This document shows, one piece after another, positions 12,201 through 24,457 of a DNA stretch of 64,000 nt (position 1 is its first letter; the number at the start of each line of letters is the position of its first letter). Location of the stretch: the NCBI RefSeq assembly GCF_000150275.1, contig NW_002060946.1, forward strand, positions 863,562 through 927,561, written 5' to 3'. Source of the DNA: Trichoplax adhaerens. Its lineage: Eukaryota; Animalia; Placozoa. The notes under the pieces were generated by a model. It worked only from the letters and a program-made list of their open reading frames with translations, was not told where the DNA came from and made no database searches. Made by a program: the position numbers and the translations under genes.

Positions 12201-14898
12201 AGCTTTAAGAAGAAAGGGACACAGTTTACAGAATGTATCGATCAATTCAGAGATTGATCGCCAATTACGGATTGCTACATTTATACCAGCAAGTGCTGGC
12301 TCACCAGAATCGGAAGAGCTTGTTGGTGTTAATAACGAGATGGATAGGTTATATAGTACTGGAAAAGCCTGCAATGGGACTAGTAAGATATTACCTTTTT
12401 GCTAAAATCTCACTTAATGACTATAACTGATTTATTTAACAGTACTGCATTTTGTTGGCTTCTAAGTACTGTACATCAAAACTATGATCGACCCGTAACT
12501 ATTCAATAGACAATTAGAAAAATAACGAAAATAATGTGATTTATTGAAACATTAATGTATTTGAATTTCATTTTAATTTACAGCATGTTATTCGTTAAAT
12601 CCTGGCTTGGATGGAATTTTAGCGAAGTCCAGGGATTATAATGAACTACTTTTCGCTTGGCATGGCTGGAGAAATGGTACCGGACCAAGTATCAAGCCTT
12701 ACTATATAAAATACGTTTCATTAATGAACACCTTAGCTAAACAAGCAAATTATAGTGATGCAGGTTTGTTCACTTTCTGTTTCCTATAATAACTTGTTTT
12801 GCCGTAATTAATATTTTAAATCTCAACTACAGTTGATACAACGCTACTAGAAACAACAAAATATTAAAATGAAATACATGTAAATTCAACGTACATTTAG
12901 TCGCACCCTTTATAAACAGCGTATGTACCAATCCTACTTATAGGTGCCAGATGGAGATCCAGATATGGCAATAACTCCAAAGCCTTTACTGACAATGTTC
13001 AAAAGTTATGGTTACAATTGAAACCGTTCTATCAAAATCTGCACGCTTATGTTAGAAAGCGATTAAGAGAAAAATATGGTGCCGATAAAGTCTCACGCAC
13101 AGGTCCAGTACCCGCTCATCTCTTTGGTAATATGTGGGCACAATCATGGATTAATATTTATGATATGTTGGTACCATATCCCAAAAAGCAAATATTGGAC
13201 GTAACTGATGAAATGGTTAAACAAAACTATACGGTCAAGAAAATATTTGAAGTAGCTGATGAATTTTTCGTCAGTATGGGTCTAGAACGTGTACCTAAAT
13301 CCTTCTGGAAGAATTCTATGCTTGAAAAACCAAAAGATCGACAGGCAATCTGTCATGCATCCGCTTGGGACTTTTACAGAGGAGATGTTAGGTGTTTACT
13401 CTTTTCAAGTTCTGTTACTATCACTATAATACTGTAGTAATATTAACTTAAACACGGATTAACTGCTAAGCAGCACAGTCAAAAGTTTACTTTGAATTTT
13501 AAACTGAAGAAATATTGATTTACTGACAATTTGATTCATTACTTATCTAAAGGTGTGCATTTTTTATTTTTAACGAATATCTGTCTTTTTTAGAGTTAAA
13601 ATGTGCACACAAATTAACTTTGACGACTTCTTAACCGTCCATCATGAAATGGGCCATATTCAATATTATCTTCAGTATGGATTCCAACCCTTGAACTACA
13701 GATCCGGAGCTAACCCTGCTTTCCATGAAGCTGTTGGTGATACTATTTCTTTGTCCGTCACAACACCTGATCATTTAAGGAAGGTTGGACTACTAAAATC
13801 CTCTGAAAACGATCAAGGTAAAAATAAATTATTTGCCCATGACTAAATGCGTGAAGCAAATAATCTACTTTAAATGTGTGATATCGATAGCTGTAATCTT
13901 TTTCCATCCTGTCTGGGTAATTATATAACTATTTGTCTTTTACAATCAGCGTAATTTGCTATTTACTGATTACAACTTTAGAAAGCGCTATCAATTACCT
14001 GATGTTGCAAGCTTTGGACAAGATTGCATTCCTTCCATTTGGATATTTAGTCGATCAATGGCGTTGGAAGGTATTTGATGGCTCTATCACTCCTGAAAAT
14101 TACAACAAAGCTTGGTGGGAACTACGAACCAAATATCAAGGTATTATACCGCCCGTTTCCAGAACTGAAGAAGATTTTGATCCTGGCGCGAAATATCATA
14201 TCCCTGGTAGTACTCCATATATTAGGTAAATATTAACTGATCACTTTATGTGCCGATATATAATTACAAACCATTGATGTACACTATGACTATGTTACCA
14301 CCAATTATAAAATCGTTCTATACACGTATAATCAGATTGTTTTTTAATTTGCATCTGATCGTCATGCTTTTGATACTATTTACAGGTATTTTATTAGTTA
14401 TATCATTCAGTTCCAATTCCAGAAGGCGCTTTGCCAAGCTGCGGGCAATACACAGCCATTATATTTATGTTCTGTTTACCAGTCCAAAGAAGCCGGAAAG
14501 AGATTAGGGTAAACAGTATGAGTTCGAGATTTTGCTCGAAAACAATTACTCCATTTTAAATGCAAAACGTCAAAAATTTTTACGCTAGCTAGACTAAATT
14601 AAAATATCCTCTATATAGAGATATGTTGAAATTAGGTAGAAGTAAATCTTGGGAAGATGCTATGGAAGCCATTACTGGTCAGCGAGAGATGGATGCTTCA
14701 GCAATTGTTGAATACTTCAAACCACTTGATGACTGGTTGAAGGAACAAAATAAGGACGAAGTTATCGGTTGGGACACTACTACCACGAAACCGCAAGTAA
14801 CTACACCGTCTACAGGGTCTGCCGGTCGTGCTTTTACATGGTCTACTTTATTCATCGCATTGTTTACATGTTTAATTGCATTTGATTTACGTTGGTAA
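9250..14898 (+). CDS. ACE: Two-domain angiotensin-converting enzyme (peptidase M2) with signal peptide and hydrophobic C-terminus
   Basis: Twelve exons splice in frame: 9250(or 9262)-10310, 10567-10790, 11017-11260, 11412-11537, 11696-11865, 12035-12382, 12584-12763, 12944-13391, 13594-13817, 13982-14225, 14386-14508, 14619-14898. Both domains have [11 protein letters not shown], CHASAWD, HHE(L/M)[19 protein letters not shown] and PYIRYF. AATAAA at ~15011. Confidence 0.97.
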
Positions 14899-17800
14899 AT
14901 TTTATAAATGACTTTTATGAAAACTGTTGTTTAATTTATAGCTCACTATTTCGGATAATTTTTGTAAGCCATTAGTAGGTTTTAATTTGTGTCAACTTGT
15001 TAAATGAATGAATAAATAATATGTTACAACCGGAATGCGTTGATCGCCTGTGGCATACATGAAAACGTTGCCATTATAATATGAAATTATTTCTGTTCTG
15101 CGAATCAGTTTACCCCATTATTTACTCCTTGCTTACAGTCGTATTACCTTATATGTGATCATTTTCACTAGATCCTATCTTGTTTCGATAAATGTTTATT
15201 TGATATAATAAAATGATCGATTTAAGAAAGGGCCCAATTAATCTTATATTTGGGAGCATTTCTATAGCTGGTATAGTACAAGCAACATTGCAACTTTAAC
15301 GATCTAGAGCTATTGATAGCCTATGCCATACGCAAAATTTTTTTAAATGTGAAATTCGACGGTTTGTCTTAGTAGTAAATTATCATCATCACTTTATATT
15401 GGATGATTACCATTCTATCAACAACTAATTATTAATTTGGCTATTGCGGTATCTTCTCTATTAAGAGCCCAGTAAAGAAAAGGGATCCGATTAATTAAAT
15501 GCTAAATATAGAACAATAACTGAAACATTGAAACGCCGATAGTGAGCGTAAAGTAAACTAAATCAGTTCTATTTAATAGTGTTATTCAGGTAGTGTTATT
15601 CCCATGAATTAATACGTATTAAGCTTTCTCTTATTATAACGTGTATTATTTACGATTTAAAAATTTCGATTAAAGTAATGTTCTAGTCAAAATCTGATAT
15701 GAATACTGCTCCTTATACCTTTGCAATGTCTTATTATTAATGTAGGATAGCTCTAATACATAATCAATGCTAGTAATGCAAATTTCAGGTTGAATTTGGT
15801 ACACCTAAAAAGACAGACTAAATTCATCGTAAACAGCAACGAAATGACGATTGTTACTATAGTGCATAAATTTATAAAAGTACACCAAATACGATATAAT
15901 CAATATCATACTTTAAATTTGAATAACAGCTTGAGTAAATAAATTTACAATTTCAATAATTCGTTTTACCAGCTTCATTATTTCTGGTACTTACCATATC
16001 CTAAATATACTTTAAATGAAACGGATTTTATAGACAAATTCAAAGTTTTAAAGTTCGATATTGTCGTTATTATGAATATTCAATTGTATTACTGTGCTAA
16101 AATTTTGAGTAGGAAATAATTAGACAATTAATTTATTAAATAAGATTGTACCGAAATGCTTATAGCATGGGTAAAGTTCCTGTTGCAGTCATTGAAAAGC
16201 CCTCTTATCGACTGTGCCAGTATAAGGTAGTATCTGATGATATTAATTATTTATTACGCTTTTTGTTTCAAAAGCACAATGATTTATTATGATAGTCAAG
16301 TGATAATAAATATCTAGCGGCATTAAGAATAGCTTTCATCACTCGACCAATCCTAAAATCTTTTACTGGTTTTCTTCTTTGGAACAAGCTTGAAATATAC
16401 CATTTACTTTTTACCGGCGACTGATAAGTTTAAAAATGATATTTTCCCTTCTCAATGCATCACTAGACTTTATATCAGAAGCATCATGATTTGGTAATAC
16501 TTGAGTACAGTATTTAGTTATAAGATAGAATCAGCTAATTGTACATAAAAGGGGTTATTGGAATAGCAGGAGTTTACTCATTACTAGATCCTATCGATTT
16601 TGCTGTTAGTATGATGCAGTATTTAATATGCTTTCTATTTATTACCCAGTAAAAAAATTGCTGAATTAAATTGCGACTGTATACGAATAACGTATCACAT
16701 AAATAGTATGCTGTACTCTATATTGTATTTAAGTGGAAAATATGTGAACTATTTCTATAACCTCTATATTGCTGAGTCAGCAAGAGCAATAAGTAATTTG
16801 TAAGAGCGCGCGGAATAGTGTTTCTTGATATCCTTTGTAATAATTATGGATAGTAAGTAAACTGCAATTAGGTAGTTCTTTTGCAATTTAAGTGGCTCTA
16901 TAAGATTGAAATCTTTAAATCCGATACTTTGTACGCAAGTTTACTTTGTAATTATAACGATGAAGAGTTTTACGTCATTTTACGATATGCTTTAATCATT
17001 GATTGTCTATTTGTCTATGCTTGATCAATGTACAGTAAAGTACTTACAAAATACAAAAAAGAATTAGTAACAAAAAGCTTTTCTCTCCAATTGCCTAGAA
17101 TATCCGAAGTCAATATACAACTATTTTTCAAAACAATAACTCGTTATTATGGTAGGTGCAAATGTTATCGAGTGTAGATGGAGGTGTCGTAAACGTAAAT
17201 ATGTTGTGATAACGATAAAATGTTGGAATTAGATATCAACTTTTTCTTCTTTGCATAATTCATGCAATTAATAATTTTTCTCTTCTTTCAGCTATTATTA
17301 TAGCATAACAAATTAAAATTTCAAGATATATAACAGCCAATTTCTAGATTTACGATTTAAATAACTTTGATTCACGAAATAAATTGGCAAGACTAATAAT
17401 GAGAAAGTCTATTATAATAATAATTGAACTGCGTTTCGATTATAAGAACCAAACATTGAATATACAGTAATTATCGGTCATACTAGGATACAATAGGCAA
17501 AAATGAATGCAAAATTTTCGTTTAGGTAGTCCAGTAATGGAATACCTGTATTCTTATCATACTTGTATACTTATATATTTGCTTTTTTATAGCCTATACA
17601 CTTACAACATTTCCTTTGAAATAAATTATTACTAATTTTCGACAGCTGCTTGGATGGAATTTCTATCGGTGAATTTTACTCTGAATATGCCACGGAGAAC
17701 TAAAAGGAGTTTTCTTAGGTAGTCGCATAGGGTACTTATTACCTCCACAAATAATAATTTAGTAATGAGTGCTCACAATCGCACAGTATACATGTCTAAT

Positions 17801-20800
17801 GAAGTGTCGGCTAAAATACTTAGCTTTAAAATGAAAGCTATTTCGTTAAGATGCTAAATGTGCACATATCTAAATATGAATACGCGTAAATACCACATGC
17901 TATTCTTAGACGAATAAATACTTTAGTGTCCGGATCATCTCTGGTAATAAATTTACAGTATCATTGTATCAGTATATTTTTAATACACCCGTTCTTCTCC
18001 TTCTAGATTTAATAGCGTTTACTTGTATAAACAAGTGATTTTTTTCTACTTCGTTTTTCGATTTTAAGCTGGTAATGGAATAAATAATTAATTAATTTAT
18101 TGTAGAGTCCCAATATTAGGAGTAATCGATTCGATATATCCAATTCTGCCATTTATTATTATTTATTGAATAAGTTACATCTATATCAATAATTGAAACA
18201 TCAGAATAATATACTATGTAGCTTTTTAAATGATTTACTAAAACCTTTTAGAGTGATTAATAGATAGTTATACTCTCATTCCGCGTATTACATATAAATA
18301 GAATACATAGCTTACTAGAATATCGTATTAAGTACAGTACCCCCCCCCCCGTATACACGTAAGTTTATTCACAAACTACACATACTAGATTCAGTTCTAA
18401 TAAACAATACAGAAATGAATATTATTGCAAGGATAATTAAAAAAAGTTCTATTAATTTTTGCCTATGGGTAATTTGAATAAATTGTTGATATTTAATTAT
18501 CATAGATTTTTTTAGTATTTGCGTCACTGGATACTGTGTATTTCAACAATGGATATGAAATAAAAGTTCCATTTCCGATATTGATTTAACTTCCGTGAAT
18601 ACTATTGGTAATTTTTAGTAATTATTCGTATAATTAGCAATACTCAGTTACTCGCTTTGCCTAGTACCATAGAATTTAGATTTAGACTGTGCTATTGTTG
18701 TCTGCGTCGTTTAATAGCGAGTTGATGTATTAATGCCGTCGGAAATATTAGCATATAACAATTTCTATGTTTAGATAAATGTACAGCAATTTATGTATAT
18801 ATGTTCAATATAGGCATATTATCTATATTTTCTAATAATACATTTGATTTATTATTTTATTAACATTAGTATAAAATATCTATCCGTACTATATACAAAA
18901 TATAGTATAATATTTCATAATGACCTTCTTAAAGGTTGAATGTAACAGCGCAGTTAATCAAAAATCTTTAATAGAGTTTTCTTTTACACTACCTTATATT
19001 TTAAGTAAATTCGGTACTTACACGTATGTTCAATAAATTGTCACAAGTAAATTATCAATATCCAACACAATGTAGATAAAAAATATTCTTATCTTGAATG
19101 CACTTTTATTAGGTAACTCTTACAAATCTATGCTCGCATGTATTGGTTAATTGGTGATAGGCTCAAAAGTTCATGTAGCTAGGGCATCAATACACTGCAT
19201 ACAGTAGTATACTACATAAATTATTTGTCAATAATAAAACATACAATCATATCTCAGCTATAGTCGATATTAGAAGCTTTTGAAAATTTATAATTTAACA
19301 AAATATTGAATAATATGTCAGAAAATCATCTATTGTATAATATTCTATACAATAACATGTTTGTATTTTGAAATTGATGAGACTAAGTAGATGAGTACGT
19401 TTCTAGAGTATATATACTTTGATCTATCAAGAACTAAGTGTGACTTTGATTTAGGATGCTATTTTTACTATAGTAAATAAACTGAAAACCCTTTGAATTC
19501 TTAAAAAATTTTTTACTGTAATATGAAATGCTACAGTAAATAAGACTCCCATTGCAGCTGGTACAATAAATTTAATTTGCGTTCCGGTTAATTAAAATGC
19601 CTACACATAGTCTGCTAGAGTATAGGAAACAAAATATTAATTATGCAGTTCAATAAAAAATTAGTTTCATCTACCATTGATAATACTGCTCTAACGCGAA
19701 TGTTTAAGATAAAAAATACGATGACTTAATTATCATTTCTATTAATAGAAGTATATGACTTAGATTCAGAGATATATTTATATCACAGCAAACAAGGTAT
19801 CTTATGTAGTATTATTAATGTAACAACAACAGTAACTTCTGCAAGCTGAATAATAGGAACTAATTGGAAAATTTTATGAGAGCGTAGTTAGAAATAAACA
19901 AAGTTAAGGATAAACTGACTTTTCATTCAAGTCTTAGAAATTATGAAATAAAATAGATTTATTATATATACATATGTTTCCTTTGTTCTGCATTCGTAGA
20001 CTGTGACGGAAAGCAAATATTACATGTACGGTTAAAATTTTTACTGCTCTTCTTTTCATAATGTAGCTGCATTTGCTCAGGTTTTCTACTGTATAGCGAA
20101 GTTTTGAATAGCTCAGTAGTGATACTACACCAATTGTATCGTTTTCTGTAATACAGTAATTGAGTAGAATTACAGTGTAACGATACTTTATGCTAATATA
20201 AAAATGTAGCTATTTTTCTTTTATGATGGTACGCAATAGATTATAATATTGGCATATAACTCATAAATCTTGAAAATACGTCAGAAAATTTGGGTATACT
20301 ATTTCTCAGATACTCCTTCAAATAACGATTATTTAATGTTTGTTTTCAACTGCTTTCTATGCTAATTAACTAGGATATACAATGAGCTCAATATGACATT
20401 TAAAAGATCTACTTTATTATCCATTATTACTATATTTTATCAAATTGATTATCGATACCTACAGCTAATAAATCAGTATATGCGTAAATTATCATGTATA
20501 GTTTTTTCGTAAGCTGAAATCCTTATGAGACTTTTACATTAACTACATTGTCTGTTTATAGAAGCTAGTGTATCAACAAAATATTCACTACTATCAAATT
20601 AGCCTACTTTACCCACTATAGAGTAGGAATTGTAAAGTAGGGAGGACGTAATTTATGTTCAATAGCAGGACTATTCTGGTGTTAATAATAGTGCCTTAGA
20701 AAAGATACCTGATGAGGATAACGTTGTGCAATTGTAATCTTTCATACAAATTTTAGTATAAAGTACGACTACATATATAGTTTGGCAATTAGTGATTTTA

Positions 20801-22929
20801 TGCTTTGAAGGCATATTTTTAAGTATTGTGTTATTGTTTCAGCTTAGTTTTTGTATTACCGAGAGCACGGTGGTACATCCTTTTCAAGCTAATATAATTA
20901 GCAATTACTTCTAACGAAGAAAATGTTCAATTATAAAGTATTCACCAACAGTCAGAATGTCGTATTACATCCTAAACCTTTTCTAGTTAATATTTATTTA
21001 GCGAGTAAGCATAAATAATTGGATGTGATTCACGTATGTGATCATTATTGTTAGGCAATGTCAATTTAGAAGTTTCTTCAAATATGAAGAAACTTTCCTA
21101 GATTTAGCTTGAGCAAAGAATTGAAAGTACGATAGCGTGCAATTGTCTACATTTCAATATACGTACGTATATAGTACTAGACTAATGAATCAACTCATAT
21201 ATACTGTATATAATTTGAATTTCTATACTAATTTTACTAGTCCACAACAATAAGATTTATTTAAAAATGCGTGGTTATATTTACGAATGTCCTTGTATGG
21301 CCATCTGCAATATACAGTATTAGATTATTAAGCAGACACTGCTAATTGCAACTATTGAACATCCATTGATTTATCTATTCCTGTTCTTTATCGCATCAAG
21401 GCCTCTTGCCAATTTCAATAAGTTACCAATTCGTAAAGATAGCAGTATATATCTAAATGAAACAACTTTAAAAAATTTTCAAGGATTAAACTTTAATGAT
21501 TGCAGCTCTTATATTACTATTTACCGTGTACTACAAATGAATAATACGAGTACATATGGTAAAATTCTAATAGCGATTTAGTATATAAATCCTCCAAAAA
21601 GGATATATGAGGTTACAGTAGGCAAAGCTATTTCATCTTCTAATACCCATTCTAACCTGAACTGTGCATAGTACTATACAATGCTTAAGAACATGCAGTA
21701 GTATGAGATAAAATGCAGTATAATAACGATTGTTCGAAAGTGCTATTCATAATTATTACTCATTTTATATCGATGTTTAAGTTGTGGCATGTGAGAGATA
21801 GTGATATAGCATACAGAACCGAGCTAAGCGATCTGCTTTAGTAGGGTAGATACTACCTAAATTTACATAAATTTTTTCCTATAGCCATGCCGTGCTAAAT
21901 TAATCCAACGACATCACAGTTTTAATAGGATATTAATTAAGATAGTTCTTTCTGAATTTGTAGGCTGATGAAGGCTAATTACCTCCATATTAGTGAGCAC
22001 TTACTAAAATAAAAATGTCAAATACAACGTATACTCGTGGAATTGCTAGGATTTACGATTAACTCGATTGGATTAGACAGATGAGAAAAATGATCATGCT
22101 AATGAATAATTTAAATGATGCATTATAACTGACTTATTTCAGTAATCGGGACGATTACTATGCTATACGAGTGGACGTAACCGTAGTTTTTTTTGCATCA
22201 TTCAGTAGATGGCCAGTACAAAATTGGTAAATTTGAGTCTATTTTACCGCATTGCTGAAGATGTGTTCGAGAAAAACTTCCATATTATCGTTACATGAGT
22301 TGCAAAATAACTGTATCACTGTGAATTATCGATAGTTGGCTACTGTACTTTATGTATTGAAATAGCAATTTTCGTGCAGTCATTTGGATATATCTGGAAT
22401 CGATTATTAATCTGACTAGTCGAATCGTTGCTCGTAATAACTACCAATCATGGTATGCTTGTCTGGAACTATGCAGTTACTGTATACTATATACCGTGCA
22501 TAGTGTAATTATATTGATGGGGGTATTGAAAAGGTTCTTATATTTATGCGCTTGTTGCCTCGTTTATAAAAACTACTGTTGCATTGAGCATTAGTTATTA
22601 GGTTGTACAAGAAATATTTCATAGCTTTTGTACGATCGCAATTTATTATCCTTGTATCACTACTCACCAATCGTTGAGCAATAGAGACAACCGCATGAGT
22701 GAGACTCCATTTTATATCAAAACCCCGTTCACTGACACAAAAATGGAGATTTTAGAGTTCATTAGGGGCTAATTCAATGTTAGGACAGTGCCTAATGTAA
22801 GCACCACCGATTTTTTGCTAAGTGTACACTAGACTAAAATTGGAGTGAGGATTCAATGAATTTGTTTACAATGAATGGCGAGTAGCTGATTTTTACCGCT
22901 TTCGATATATACAGTGTACATTAGGCCGC

Positions 22930-23070
22930 TTTAGAATGCACAAAGTTATAAAAAGTCAATCTTTCGACAATTCCATATTATATTCGCTGTCGTCCATTTT
23001 TTTCCAATTTTAATACGACATGATATGGAATTATCGAACCATGACTTTTTTCAACTTTGTGCATTCTGAA
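22930..23070. repeat. Foldback: ~55-bp imperfect inverted repeats around a ~28-bp spacer (MITE-like)
   Basis: Left arm tttagaatgcacaaagttataaaaagtcaatctttcgacaattccatatta matches the reverse complement of the right arm, ttcagaatgcacaaagttgaaaaaagtcatggttcgataattccatatca. Confidence 0.85.
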
Positions 23071-23138
23071 TCTGTATCGTGGGTGCGGCCATTTTTGTTT
23101 ATGAACTTCACTCGATTTCTGTACTCAAGTTGAGAATC

Positions 23139-23575
23139 AACACTTGAATTGGTTGTCTACTTTTGCGAAATTGTGTATTTGGAAATATTATCCTTCTGCC
23201 GAGGCGATCCAAGTTCAGTATAAACTATGGCTGAGTAACGAATTAACATAACGCTTGAATTGGTTGTCTACTTTTGTAAGATTGTGTATTTGGAAATATT
23301 ATCCTTCTGCCGAGGCGATCCAAGTTCAGTATAAACTATGGCTGAGTAACGAATTTAACACTTGAATTGGTTGTCTACTTTTGTAAAATTGTGTATTTGG
23401 AAATATTATCCTTCTGCTGAGGCGATCCAAGTTCAACATAAACTATGGCTGAGTAACGAATTTAACACTTGAATTGGTTGTCTACTTTTGTAAAATTGTG
23501 TATTTGGAAATATTATCCTTCTGCCGAGGCGATCCAAGTTCAACATGAGCTATGGCTGAGTAACGACTTGACATA
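23139..23575. repeat. Tandem array of four near-identical ~107-bp units
   Basis: The unit aacacttgaattggttgtctacttttg...ctgccgaggcgatccaagttca..taaactatggctgagtaacga starts at ~23139, 23250, 23357 and 23464. Confidence 0.95.
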
Positions 23576-24457
23576 AGTCTTCTTGCGAGGACAGTACAGC
23601 ACTGTATAATATATAATCTATCAGTCGTCAAGGTGAGCACAGTGAAGATGTATAGGACCTATAGATACAGTACAGTATTGGCGCTTGAATCAAGTATCGT
23701 CATCCAAAGCTAAGCGTACTTTCTTGGACCACACCTAATATCTTGGTCGGTTTTTCCAATTTTCCAAGATCAATAAACGATTAACTGATGCTTTTATTCA
23801 ACAAAATGGCAAGCAGGCCTTTGTACCATCGTCCAAATTGGATCATACACTACAGAATACCAAACACTATTTGATGTTCTCCATTTTCAGATGTTTATTT
23901 TTGTTTACCTGAAGCTATTGTTCACTCTGGATATTGGATAAAAGGCAACATGATGAAGACTTTTGTAAAATAATATAACCAATAGGAGGACTGGCAGTAG
24001 GACCACGTGATCGATAGACTACTTTAAGAATCTTTCATTGAGTTATCGCCAGTTAATTGCTGACGTTTTGTATATCGTACAATAGTACAAGCTACTTGAG
24101 TTTTGTGCGTTTTTTTAAGTAATTTCCTTAAAAAAGCTTAGTTAGATTGAATTTACTGTTAGTCTATTAAGTATTAAGTTCGCCACTTTGCAGTAACAGT
24201 GGATGTCATAGCGAATAAAGTCAATCATTTTTGTAATTTATTAATCTAAAGTTACAAGGGGTACATTCAGTAGATATCAAGATCGTGTGCTTATTAACCA
24301 TTTTTATTTGACTAGTGATCGTTGTCGTTTGGGTAAAAAGGTATTGTTTTACATTAAATGTTTTTATTCCATTTTGGATATACATTATCAAAGTGCGAGC
24401 TTTGTCTTCTATTACACAGCCATCATCATTTCTATTACATACCACATTTGAAAGATT

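Noticed and set aside
23062-23215. U6 snRNA resemblance on the minus strand (gatcgcctcggcag, acgatacaga; 107-bp unit length)
   Set aside because: The two matches are ~110 nt apart instead of ~20, and the ACAGAGA box, AGC triad and 3' stem are missing.
23139-23575. CRISPR-like array
   Set aside because: Units are head-to-tail with no unique spacers; eukaryotic context with no cas genes.
22910-23606. Tc1/mariner-like TA-CAGTG...CACTG-TA ends around the foldback and array
   Set aside because: The match does not extend beyond 7 bp, and this word is very common in the window.
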